Assembly (NCBI RefSeq): GCF_001194135.2
Contig: NC_068992.1
Location: 14,416,292-14,470,722, forward strand
Source of the DNA: Octopus bimaculoides
Lineage: Eukaryota
DNA: 54,431 nucleotides
Direction: 5' to 3'
This document shows positions 10,799-22,864 of the stretch, one piece after another; positions within the stretch are counted from its first letter, which is position 1, and every line of letters begins with the position of its first letter. The position numbers were made by a program, and so were the translations under genes. The notes under the pieces were generated by a model that was not told where the DNA came from, did no database searches, and worked only from the letters and a program-made list of their open reading frames with translations.

Positions 10799-11470
10799 TG
10801 AAATAAATAAGCATTTCGTTTGACAATAAACCTAAATGCTAAAAGATGATAAGATGTGATCTGAAGGAAATTTGGCTGCTATTTCTTGCAGGCCATGTGA
10901 CCAAGTAGAGGTCCCTGCTTTTACGTTCGAGGGATCCCGTGCAATGGTGACTTTGTTGTTATCTAAAAATAGTTGGGTTGTTAGTTTAAAACATTTTATT
11001 GTCTCTTCTCATTTCTGTTATTTTAAATTATTCCGAGCCGAGTGTTTAATTGTTCTGTGCGTGTCGACAGAACAGAGAGGGGGAAGAGAGAGAGGGGGGA
11101 TAGAGAGACAGACACAGAGAGAGAGAGAGATAGAGAGAGTGCGGTGGGCAGTTTAGTATCAGTATCCATTTCTTTTGTCTCTCAATCATAGCCCTCTGTT
11201 ACTTAAATTAAACATCCCTACCAACCTACTAACACATATAGATAAGCACAGATTCGTACACACACACACACACACACTACATACATACGTACACACACAT
11301 TATTTTATTCAATGATTCCAGTCAAAGTTTTTATGTATATTTGTCTATTTATCATTTACTTGTTTCAGTTATTGGACTGCGGCCATGCTAAAGCAACACC
11401 TTGAAGAGTTTAGTGGAACCAACCTCAGTACTTATTTCTTTTAAGCCTAGTATTTATTCTATCGACCTTC

Positions 11471-11861
11471 GGAAAGGCTTCCTTTTGTACACCTGCCCCC
11501 ATAATTTTTTTTTTATATTACACATGTTGGAAAATTGTTTTCCTACCATGTCTTATAATAACGATGAGAAAGTCATCAAAATTAAGAATTTCTATTAAAA
11601 AAAAGCTTCACTTCTGTATTATGTATATTTATGGGCCAAGATTAGGCAAATTTCATAGAGTTAGGCAATTTAGGCTTTAACGTTAGACCAAACTGGCACG
11701 TGAATTTACATAATACAGAAACGAAGTTTTTTTAATAGAAATTCTTAATTTTATGACTTTCTCATCATTATTATTATAAGATATGGTAGGAAATCAATTT
11801 TCCATCATATGTAATATTTAAAAAGAAAATTTTATGGTGGGGTACGAAAGGAAGTCTTTCC
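11471..11861. mobile_element. Fold-back/MITE-like element with ~150-170-bp imperfect inverted arms
   Basis: GGAAAGGCTTCCTTTTGTAC (11471) pairs with GTACGAAAGGAAGTCTTTCC (ends 11861). The inner segment GATGAGAAAGTCATCAAAATTAAGAATTTCTATTAAAAAAA is mirrored at ~11730-11770. Confidence 0.8.
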
Positions 11862-11944
11862 TGACTTTTTTTACCCATCGGATATCATGTTTTATGAAAT
11901 TTCAGTCAGGGTCGACACTTTCACTTGCTATCAATTTATTTTTA

Positions 11945-12288
11945 TCCTCGTACCGGTGGTACGTAAAAAGCATCTTCTTCTGAACGTGGTCGAAGCCAGA
12001 CCCCGCCACTCCGACTGGCTCTTGTGCTGGTAGCACGTAAAAAGCACCATCCGAACGTGGACGATGCCAGTGCCACCTGACTGGCTCCCGTGCCGGTGGC
12101 ACGTAAAAAGCACACACTACACTCTCGGAGTGGTTGGTTGGCGTTAGGAAGGACATCCAGCTATAGAAACATTGCCAGATCAGATTGGAGCCTGGTGCAG
12201 CCTCCTGGCTTGCCAGTCCCCAGTCAAACTGTCCAACCTATGCCAGCATGGAAAACGGACGTCAAACGATGATGATGATGATGATGAT
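11945..12288 (+). mobile_element. RTE 3' tail (5'-truncated) with internal tandem GTGGCACGTAAAAAGCA units and (GAT)n end
   Basis: Same sequence as the 3' UTR attached to the RTE ORF at ~20050-20330. Confidence 0.85.
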
Positions 12289-12299
12289 TTTATTTTTAA

Positions 12300-13700
12300 G
12301 GACAATTTACTTTCACTTTTTACAACGGTCAACTGCATGTTAACCTAGAGCTGTACCTCTCACTCAACTTTGTTTCTGTATAATTTTCCGAAAAAGGCTA
12401 TCCTTCGGTGGTGGTACATGACTTCATTTATCCACACAACTTTTTTTCATGACATAAAGAAGCTAGGCTGAGAAAGAAGGTAAAGAAAGCATTGTCTCCT
12501 CATACCGACACTCTCTAGGCCAATATCGAAGGATCGCCCTGAAAAATATGTATTTTTTAATGAACATTTTTAGAGGTGCATTCTAGAGAGCCTAGGATAA
12601 GGTTATATTGGAATTTGTTGTAGAAGTCTTTTCGAGTAGTGGAGATAAGTATTAAATAATTTACACACTTCGATTTGTTTCCTCATAACTCTCTGAAAAC
12701 GAGATGTTTTTCTTATATTAAAATTTGCTAGAAATGCAATCTCAGATTATGTAAGAATCTGGCGTGAAAAGAAAAAGGAAAGAAAAGAAAGAATTGGGTA
12801 GGGGAAGGTTGTCCGATAATCCTAATTTTGTCTTTGTTACTCTTTTACTCTCTTTTACTTGTTTCAGTCATTTGACTACGGCCATGCTGGAGCACCGTCT
12901 TTAGTCGAGCAAATCGACCCCAGGACTCATTCTCTGTAAGCCTAGTACTTATTGTATCGGTCTCTTTTTGCCGAACCGCTAAGTTACGGGGACGTAAACA
13001 CACCAGCATCGGTTGTCAAGCGATGGTGGGGGGGACAAACACTGACACACAAACACACATACATATATATATGTACATATATATACGACGAGCTTCTTTT
13101 AGTTTCCGTCTACCAAATCCACTCACAAGGCTTTGGTCGGCCCGAAGCTATAGTAGAAGACACTTGCCCAAGGTGCCACGCAGTGGGACTGAACCCGGAA
13201 CCATGTGGCTGGTAAGCAAGCTACTTACCACACAGCCACCCCTGCGCTACATTTTTTTTGACGAAGTGTGTGAATTATCTGCCCGTTCCTTATTTTTCCA
13301 CATCAAATTCCAATATAATCGTAGTCTTCATCATCTGGAACGTATTTGTTGAAAATCTTACAAAAGAAATATCCATTTTTCGGAAAGTTATAAGAAAAAC
13401 AAAATCGGTGGGACACATCTGTAGTTAAAGGATTTCCTCACTCTCCCCTTCATTTTGTATTAGTCCCATATTTCATAAAATGGAAATTAACGATACTGAA
13501 GAAAATTTTTATTCCAAAAATTTCAATATTTTTACATCTCCATATTCTAAATCTTCCTTACCAACCTTTTAGCTTTCCACGAGGTATGGGACTTCAAGAA
13601 ACAGATTATTATATGAGAGAGGAGTTATTCAGTGTATTCTATATTTACAGATACTTATGAGCTTCCGTAATATTTTTAACGTGTTCCCCCAACCCCTCAT
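12300..13700. mobile_element. Probable modular non-autonomous DNA element interrupted by a SINE
   Basis: Modules TATATTGGAATTTG, ATAATT(T/C)ACACACTTCG and TTTGTTT..ATAA.T.TCCGAAAAA at 12370-12730 recur inverted at 13255-13405. Confidence 0.45.
12837..13247 (-). mobile_element. SINE family A, full length, low divergence
   Basis: Reverse complement of the 7742 family from head to (AAAAGAG/TAA) tail; CpGs largely retained. Confidence 0.92.
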
Positions 13701-13963
13701 TATACTTGCCCTTCTATTCTCTTGCAATATCTTTCTTTAAATCATACCCGATAATCACATTAACTGAAATACTGTCATATATGTTTTACGTTTATCATTT
13801 TATTCTCGCATTTGGTTCATGTCACTGTGAGATTTGTTATCTTAGATATTTATCTACACATATACATATATATATATATATGTGTGTGTGTGTGAGTATG
13901 TATGTATGTATGTATGCGTGTGTGTATATATATATTCTTTTTTGATTTACTATATATACATAC

Positions 13964-14235
13964 AATTGCAGCGTGGAAGGTGTTTATAAGCCATTTAAAA
14001 TAACACACAAAATCCGTTAGATTCACTTCAACATTTAAATTTAATTTGCCAAAATATCTTCGTCGCTTTGAGACCGCGACCTGTTCACTGACAAAATTCT
14101 GTGCTGTAAATGTTGAAGTGAATCTAACGGATTTTGTGTGTTATTTTAAATGGCTTATAAACACCTTCCACGCTGCAATTATTTTCGTTCCAGCACACGA
14201 TCTCAGATCAGGTCACTTGCTATGCAAGTGCATCT
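13964..14235. mobile_element. Repeat with a perfect 74-bp inverted duplication (Penelope pLTR-like)
   Basis: 13964-14037 is the exact reverse complement of 14107-14180, with a 69-nt loop. Related fragments lie at ~3282-3320 and ~44985-45125. Confidence 0.85.
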
Positions 14236-14269
14236 CACAGCCCTGTTTCTCTGTATCATTGCAATCCAG

Positions 14270-14735
14270 CAGCTCCACCGCTCTATATATACCCAGGTTT
14301 TCACCACTCACTTCCCCTCCGCACCCCCTAATCACATTTCTTTGGCAATATCCTGCCACTAATATTATGACCTTCAAACACCCACTTCACCTTGGCCACC
14401 ACTTCAGCTTTGATGTTGCAGGTAGAGTGGTTGGTATCTTTATCAACCATTGTAATCCATGAGATTATTATCAAGGTGATTAGGAGGCCAGATATTGGAA
14501 CTGGTGATGTCATAGAAACTCTCCATTAATCACTTCTGACTCTTTCTGGAGGTATGGCAAGAGGCCAAAGTCTGCTGCCACACATATGGCCATCTAGCAT
14601 TAACCCTCCCCAGCTGGGGTTTGACCCATCTCCAGCAACTTCTCACAGCCATCTGTATTGAGCCTAAGGCTTCGTTCAAAGATGTGGGGCAACATGATGT
14701 AGCCTTCACTAGAGACATTGCACCAACTTCCCTGT
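14270..14735 (-). mobile_element. Tc1/mariner maT (DD37D) transposase remnant
   Basis: VSSEGYIMLPH.F...LRLNTDG, then PYVWQQ(T)LASCHTSRKSQK*LMESFYDITSSNIWPPNHLDNNLMDY. There are 37 residues between the position of the second catalytic D (here T) and the final D. Confidence 0.85.
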
Positions 14736-15524
14736 GGTATTTGTTCTGGCTCTTTGCATTCTGAGTTCAAAATCTGTCGTTGCCCAGCTTAACATCCCTA
14801 TGTGTTACCTTAAGTGCCTTTAATTGAATCTATTCTGTCACAAACGTATAGGCCAAGTTTTCAGTTTGAAGGTATTTTCCTCCTTCCTGACTCCAATGTA
14901 GAGATTTGATTAGCACCTCAATTTGGTGTCTTCAATACTTTTAGCAGAGACCATTCTGTAGAAAGTATTTGGATCAGGTTTCTAGTTTGAGGACACTTTC
15001 TTCCATCCCTCCCTCCAGTTCTGGAAACCTTATATGGGTCATGGGAACTACCTTCTCTCCTGACTAAAATAAGATGAAAAGTAAAATAGCATCATAACCA
15101 TCAATCCTGTAGCTATGAACATCATCAACATCTTTTAGAAAGGCAGATCTCTTCCTCCAAATCGTAACACATTGAGACCACTACATTCAACCACCTCTTT
15201 ACTCATAAGATAAGCCTCACACAGAAGATAGGTGATGGCTTGATGAAGTAAAAAAATACTTTGTTCTAACATATCAATCAAGCAGTGGTATCAGAAAAAC
15301 TTTTAGTTCCATTTCTTGTAATTTACTTGTTATCTCAATAAACAACACAAGCTGCTGGTAAACAACTTGTCAGCTGATCAAGTATACATTGTGTATCAGA
15401 ACATGACTGGAATAATATGTGAGTCTGTTCTCGCATGTGTTCTTTTCAAGCTAGATCAACAAGAAGGACTGACACCAGGGTATCCAGCACCTTAGGTAAG
15501 CCCTACATTTCATACTTACTTATC

Positions 15525-15740
15525 CCTAGCCCAACAAAGTGTGCCCCATTCTACAGTGTTCTTCCCTTCTCCCAGCCCTGCAATGTTCTCCCATCCTTCC
15601 AATGTCCCCTCCTTCTCCCTTTTTCCTAGCCTTTAAATGTGCACCTTTCTGCCAGCCCTACAATGTATGACCCATTCTCCTAGCCCTACAATGTGCACCC
15701 CCATTCTCACAGTCCTGCAATATGCGCCCCTTCTCTATTT
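15525..15740. repeat. Degenerate ~27-bp minisatellite (CCTAGCCCTACAATGTGCACCCATTCT-like)
   Basis: About seven diverged units read directly. Confidence 0.65.
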
Positions 15741-16399
15741 TCTCACAAGTTCTTCCAATTGTTATCCTTTTCTACACCAACTGAAAAATGTGCTACCTAT
15801 CAAAATTACAATTAACTTGTCTATATTAATGAGTAAACCTGTTATCTGGCAAAAATTGAAATTCAAACGCCAGATCATGTGATAGGTCATACACTATACA
15901 CCCCACACTCCACCTATCTACCTCACTTACCACCCATGTCCTCTTTCTTCCTCTGTTCTGAGAATGATTTCACCTGCTCTCTTTATTACTAAGCTTCATG
16001 TTTTTAGTTAGGTTAAGAAATATTGTCCAAGTTATCCAAAGTTTGCATAACACCCCCAAATTTTAGCAGCCAAGATATTTGCATAGTTTCCCTAACATCC
16101 CACACTAGCCCTTCCTGCAGGTCCGTCTCACACTATCTCAAAACATACATCCACGGTTTCACGTATAGTTGAAATCACACTGATATTTACCTACCATTTT
16201 CTAAACAGCTACACAACTACTCCACCCTTATATCGGTCACTTAGAAACCCTCATTCCAAAACAAATTTGTTAATTGTCTTACCTACACAGTCATGCTACT
16301 ACCTTGTGAATGCCTTTGTTAAAAAGCCTTTCCCTAGCTTTATCATTTAACTTTTTTATCTTTGAAATAGATAAAAGGTGTCAATTACAAAGAAACGTA

Positions 16400-18612
16400 A
16401 CCTACTTACTGTATTTCACGACGTTTATCTTTTAGGGAGGTGAGTTAGCATGTCTCTGGCCCTGGCGTAATTACAAATTCTTGGTTCCAATGAGTTGTGT
16501 ATAAAACAGAGGAAAGTAAACAAGAAACCGAGTTGCAATTAACTGCTACATTTTATTCAACTATTAAATGAATTTCTACAGCAACTGTTGGTTACAGCAC
16601 AATAATAACTATCTGAAGAAAGTATACATATTTGCTTTTCAAATCAGTCGGAACTTGGTGATGTGTGCTTGAGAGCCAAGAGCAGAAATATGTGCCGTTA
16701 CTTCTTGCAGTCTCTCATTCTTCCTGCTTATAGATGCATGGCAAACAAGAATGCAAGCAGCATGTCAAAGCCACCTGCAAAACAACTCTCCTCTCTGAAC
16801 AAAACTGGAAGAAATCCCTTTATTTATAGATGCTGTAAGGCTCCAGAGAGCAAAGATTATTTGCTGTGCTTGATTGGTCTGTCATGTGATTCGATTGGAC
16901 AGCTAACATACCCAATCTCAACAATGGACTCGGTCAATGAGTCGTGTCATTTAAGGTTCGAGTGGACAGGAGGCGACTTACATAAGTAGAAATTACTCCT
17001 GTGGTATGTCTGTCCTTCTAGCTGTCATGACCATTATAAATGCAGTCAGACATACGACAGAGGCAGACAGCCATCACCAAGCAGACAGCCAGCAAGTAAC
17101 TTACGCCAGTCAAGCAGCTAATATAGAACCACATATTCAGCATGAACGACCCAACACAGTAGCAGTGGCAGAACATAAACAGACACCACCGAATGACCAA
17201 CGCACACACGGAAACAAAACATACCCGGTTCTACCTCATTACATCGACACAATATTTTCCTTGTTTATTTTCTTCTTCACCAACACGAAGCAAGTTGGTA
17301 ATGTTACGTAGTGAATTTTATGGTGTATACAAGTAAACGCAAGTGTCGATTGGATAAATTATTTAAACCACAGTCCGATGCTTTCCCATTGTTTTACTTT
17401 GATGTCGTCCACAGGCCTATTTCATCTGCTGCCTCAACATTTTTTGCTACACCTTTCCCACTACAGATCCATCCTGTGACTAAAGCTTGTGCCACAGTTA
17501 GAGAAGAGACGTCTGTGAATGGAATGACTTCTGGCCAGCGGGAAAAAATGGTCGATACAGGTTAATAAAAACGTGTAGCCCTGACTCGCAAGCCAAGGTC
17601 CTTCTATATCAACATGTATGTGCTGGAATCGTGCATCTGGAGTGGAGAAAGTATCTAACGGTACACGGATATATTTATGTGCCTTGAATCTTTGACAATC
17701 GACACAGGTACGAGTCCAATTAGCTATGTATCGACGCATGTTCGGCCAAACGAAACCAGCTGAAATAAGCTTCAATGTTGCTGTTATACCAGGATGTGAA
17801 ATATTGTGTAGTGCTGAGAAAACGATACGGTGATGCTTTTCAGGAAGTAAAGGACGAGGTTTTCCAGAAGAAATATTTCAAAGGATCTGTTTGTTTGAAG
17901 TCGCAACTGGGAAAAATTGGAGGTCGAAAAGAATTAGTTCTGGTTGTTGTATATTATTCAAATCAACGGATGGCTGATCTTCAGACATTTCGTCCAAGTT
18001 AATTTCTGCAGTTGAAAATAACGCGTTGACGGGTAAACGGGATAAAGGTCTGTAACAATGTTCTCAGAACCTAGAATGTGTCGTATATCACTCGTGAACT
18101 GTTAAATGTACTCCAAATGTCGAATGTTTCTCGGAGAAAATTTATCTGGCTTGCAGTGTAAAGCAAAAGATAACGGTTTATGATCTGTAAACATTGTGAA
18201 GTTTCTCCCTTCCAAAATGTGTTGGAAATGTTTAACTGAAAGGTAAGTAGTTAACAGTTCACGACTGAATGCGCTATATTTAGTTTCAGCTGGTTTTAAC
18301 TGTGTAGAGAAAATCGCAAGAGGTTGCCATTCACCATGGTGGAGTTGTTGAATGACTGCGCTGACGCCAATTTCGGACGCATCAACTACAAGAGAAATTT
18401 CAGCATCAGGAATGGGGTGAGCCAACATGGAGACACGAGATAGTTTCTGTTTAACATGTCGAAAGCTTATATTTCAGTAGGAATTAAAGGAATCTTTTCT
18501 GCTCTCTTCTTGCAGTGTTGCAGCAATTTGTTGAGAGAGTATAAAGTTTCAGCACAACGAGGTATAAAACGTCGATAGAAATTAACAAATCCAAGAAATT
18601 GCCTGAGCTATC
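16400..18612 (-). mobile_element. Gypsy LTR-retrotransposon remnant: RT thumb, RNase H, integrase, probable 3' LTR
   Basis: LRQFLGFVNFYRRFIP (~18610-18560); VDASEIGVSAV...FSRELL..YLSVKHF..ILEGRNFTMFTDHKPL (18102-18428); HNISHPG...CVDCQ zinc finger and QHIHVDIEGP core (~17540-17800). A TG-starting LTR-like block begins at 16982 on the minus strand; its far end is uncertain. Confidence 0.9.
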
Positions 18613-18978
18613 TTAATATAACCTAATCTAACACTACCAAACTTAGCTAACATCATCAGAGCCTTTAGTGGGACCCATACTAATGCAGTCATTCAGGCCA
18701 GGTCTTCACTTTGAAGACACTTCCCACCCTCAGTTCCATCAGCCCTGAAGATCCTGAAAAGTGTTATGAGTATTGCTCTCTTTTCCGACTTTTGATTTGA
18801 TGGCAATTCTTCATGTTCATTAAAAAAAAAAAAATGAGGAAAGCCAGCAAGGCCGTTAAGTGGCGACCCAGACAGATCTTTGAATGACAAGCTCTGTGGC
18901 ACTTTGGGAATATATGTAAGCTTTGATTAGATAGATTGCACAAGATGATGGCTAAATGATAGAATAAATACAAAAATG

Positions 18979-20330
18979 TACTCCAGACAATAACAGAGGA
19001 ATTCAAGACAGGCTGCTCCTGGAAGCTCCTCTATGCTGAACTAGAGAAGAAGTTCCAAGTATGGAAGCAAGGTCTAGAATCAAAGAGCCTTAGAGATAAT
19101 CTAGCAAAAACCAGAGTTATAGTAAGTAGGAAGGCAAACAAATCCCAAATCCCTTCAAGTAGATGACCCTGCTCAATCTGTAGAAAAGGTGTAGGTAGAA
19201 ACTCCATAGGATGCACCCAGTGTAAGCTTTGGACACATAAGAGGTGCAGCAACATCAGAGGAAGGTTGACAGGGAAAGTTACTTTTGTATGTGGAAGGTG
19301 CACAGGTACAATAAATGCTAAACATGTGTGGAAAATAGACTCCATCAACTGCCAGGGGGAAAAACTAGAGGTAGTACGTAGCTTCCGTTATCTAAGTGAC
19401 CAAGTTAGTAGTGGAGGTGAATGCTCCGTGAGTGTAGCTGTGAGAATAAAATGAGGCTGGGCAAAGTTTGGAGGGCTCCTACCCCTGCTGGCAACAAAGG
19501 ACCACAGAGTGAAAATGCAGATTGTTTGATGTCTGTGCACGAACAGCTATGCTGCATGGCAGTGAAACATGGGCTATGACAGTCAAGGACATGCATAGGC
19601 TTGAAAGAAATGAAGCCAGTATGCTTCGCTGGATGTGCAATGTCAGTGTGCATGTTCGATAGAGTGTAAGCGTCTTGAGAGAAAAGTTAGGCATAAGAAG
19701 CATCAGATGTGGTGTGCAAGAGAGATGACAGTGCTGGTATGGTCATGTGATGTGTATGGACGAGGACAGCTGTGTGAAGAAGTGCCGATCTCTAACTGTG
19801 GAGGGAACCTGTGGTAGAGGTAGACCTAGGAAGATGTGAGACGAGGTGGGGAAGCATGATCTTCGAACTTTGAGCATCACAGAGGCAATAACTAGTGACT
19901 GAGACCATTGGTGATGTGCTGTACTTGAGAGGACCCGTCAAGCCAAGTGCACTCGTGCTGAGTTCCTTTTGAGTATTGGGCCTTTCGGAGGCAGTAACCA
20001 AAACCTTTGACGTTATGTCGTGCTTGAGAAGAAGACCCATCAAGCTGAGCAAAATCACAGTTGTGACAGATACTGGTGTTACGCAAATCGGCACCTGTGT
20101 CAGTGGCACGTAAATGCACCCCGGTGTCACACAGATGGCACCCATGCCGGTGGCACGTAAACGCACCCATTACGCTCTCGGAGTGGTTGGTGTTAGGAAG
20201 GGTATAGAGCCATAGAAAAACCTTGCCAAATGGAACTGGAGTCCGGTGCAGCCTTCCAACGTGCCAGCCCAACCAGACTGTCCAACCCATTCCAACATGG
20301 ACAACGGACGTTAAATGATGATGATGACTA
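18979..20330 (+). mobile_element. RTE-clade LINE 3' part: RT with embedded PHD finger, C-terminus, 3' UTR and (GAT)n tail
   Basis: LQTITEEFKTGCSWKLLYA (catalytic DD deleted), C4HC3 finger at 19170-19301, EVVRSFRYL, LHGSETWA, GRGRPRK-like segment, then the 3' UTR shared with many short copies. Confidence 0.9.
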
Positions 20331-20381
20331 TTAAAATTACTTTGACCATTAATTGCCAACGCTGCGCTTCTACCTCCTCTT

Positions 20382-20402
20382 CCAACAACAACAACAACAA
20401 CA

Positions 20403-20445
<43 letters not shown>

Positions 20446-20448
20446 TAA
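20382..20448. repeat. Compound (CAA)n(TAC)n microsatellite
   Basis: Direct reading. Confidence 0.95.
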
Positions 20449-20769
20449 ATGCCATCTTAATGCAGGGACGCAGTGGGCAAATAGCACAGAGACGTCTTTG
20501 TGTCTTGGGATCCATTTATGATTAATGTATCACATGGCTTGCAGTCCGTTAATACAATAGAGTCCGGTGTACAGATTTTGCCTGGAGACCCATAATACTG
20601 TTACGACGCTCATGATTACTACTATCACTATTACTACTACTACTACTACAATCAAGAAATGCTTCCATTCCCCCACCCCTACTTCCCGTATCATTTCCCT
20701 ATCATCACCATGGTCGTCTGTACGTTCCGATGAATACGTACACAATTATTCCCCTTGACCATGTAGCAT

Positions 20770-21135
20770 CGTTTGCTCTTTTCCTCCCTCCCTCCCTCCT
20801 TCCCTCCACCCATCCATCCATCTCTCGTGCTCCCAGTCATTCCTATTCCTCCCTTTCCTCCACACATCCGTCCATCTTTCCTGCACTCCGGTCTCTTTCC
20901 TCCCTCCCTCCCTCGCTTCCTTTCTCTCTATTTCTCTCACTCCCTTCCTCCGCATTGCTGGTCTACGTCCCTTCTCATTTCCCCTTTTCTCTCTCTCTCT
21001 CTCTCTCTATCTCTATCTCTTCATACCTCCCCGTTCCCTTCCTAGATCTTTTCTTCCTCCTTCCCTCATCCGCATTTCCTAATCTGTCTCTCTCTTGTAC
21101 TCTCTCTATGTTTCTCCACTCCCCCTCTCTCTCTT
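20770..21135. repeat. Polypyrimidine CT-rich low-complexity tract
   Basis: Direct reading; explains the spurious ORFs 20730-21188, 20746-20955 and 20773-21045. Confidence 0.9.
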
Positions 21136-22265
21136 GTCACATTAACATCCAAGAAGAGGTCGCACATGTGAATAACATCTCGGTTTAACTACCGTTACAC
21201 ATAATTTTGTATACATAAAATACATGTATATATTTACATATATACACACACACGCTAGCATTTCGTGAGTACCGTCATTCTTTTTGCTTCAGCAATTTTG
21301 TTTAAAACGATCATCGTATTTTTATTACTAATTATTATTATTATTATTATTACCTTTGTTATTAGCAATATTACTAATCTCTCTCTCTAATATATATACT
21401 CATGCGTGTTTATATTGTATTATATGTGTGTGATGAGCTATGTATGTATGTATATGATCTTTGCTATATGCATTCATGTTAAACATGAGACTATATATAT
21501 ATATATATATATATNNNNNNNNNNNNNNNNNNNNNNNNNNNNNNNNNNNNNNNNNNNNNNNNNNNNNNNNNNNNNNNNNNNNNNNNNNNNNNNNNNNNNN
21601 NNNNNNNNNNNNNNNNNNNNNNNNNNNNNNNNNNNNNNNNNNNNNNNNNNNNNNNNNNNNNNNNNNNNNNNNNNNNNNNNNNNNNNNTATATATCTTCAT
21701 CCCTCCTTCATCATATATATATATATATATATATATATGATGAGGGAGGGATGAAGAAAGAAGGAAAGGAACGTAGATGTCTTTGTAAATATATATGGCA
21801 TTCGTACACCTTCACATATATGCATACAATATATATTTACATACACACACACACACATCTCTGTGTCTACATGCCTGAGCGGTTGTATTTTTGTCATGGT
21901 GTGATATAAGTTTTGCATCAACGAACCCTTGTGACACACACCAATCTTCTCTATATTCGACATTTAATATTCTCATTTCTTCATCCTCTTTCAGTTGAAC
22001 GCTACACTTTGCCATATCTCGCAATATTTGCCACCAAGATTCTCTTGCCTTTGCTTGTTTTATCAGCAAAGAAGAAAATGTGTGTGTGAATCTCTCTCTC
22101 TCTTTCTACATATATATATATATATGTGTGTGTGTTTCTCTGTCTGTCTGTCTGTCTGTGTGAATCTCTCTCTCTCTCTCTCTCTCTCTACATATATATA
22201 TATATATGTGTTTCTTTGTCTGTCTGTCTCTCTCTATCTATATATATATACACGCATGTATGTGT

Positions 22266-22320
<55 letters not shown>

Positions 22321-22832
22321 NNNNNNNNNNNNNNNNNNNNNNNNNNNNNNNNNNNNNNNNNNNNNNNNNNNNNNNNNNNNNNNNNNNNNNNNNNNNNNNN
22401 NNNNNNNNNNNNNNNNNNNNNNNNNNNNNNNNNNNNNNNNNNNNNNNNNNNNNNNNNNNNNNNNNNNNNNNNNNNNNNNNNNNNNNNNNNNNNNNNNNNN
22501 NNNNNNNNNNNNNNNNNNNNNNNNNNNNNNNNNNNNNNNNNNNNNNNNNNNNNNNNNNNNNNNNNNNNNNNNNNNNNNNNNNNNNNNNNNNNNNNNNNNN
22601 NNNNNNNNNNNNNNNNNNNNNNNNNNNNNNNNNNNNNNNNNNNNNNNNNNNNNNNNNNNNNNNNNNNNNNNNNNNNNNNNNNNNNNNNNNNNNNNNNNNN
22701 NNNNNNNNNNNNNNNNNNNNNNNNNNNNNNNNNNNNNNNNNNNNNNNNNNNNNNNNNNNNNNNNNNNNNNNNNNNNNNNNNNNNNNNNNNNNNNNNNNNN
22801 NNNNNNNNNNNNNNNNNNNNNNNNNNNNNNNN

Positions 22833-22864
<32 letters not shown>

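Noticed and set aside
11462-11915. piggyBac-like element with a non-canonical TCGA target site
   Set aside because: The left TCGACC can be explained by the neighbouring SINE sequence, and the arms do not align beyond 11471/11861 without a large deletion.
14038-14235. Hammerhead in the loop or flank of the 74-bp inverted repeat
   Set aside because: A GTCGC/GCGAC stem followed by GAAG exists on the minus strand, but there is no CUGANGA core; too many deviations.
19892-20521. ORFs with poly-Val or poly-Asn/Tyr runs (19892-20515, 20315-20521)
   Set aside because: They are translations of the (CAA)n(TAC)n microsatellite and RTE 3' UTR.
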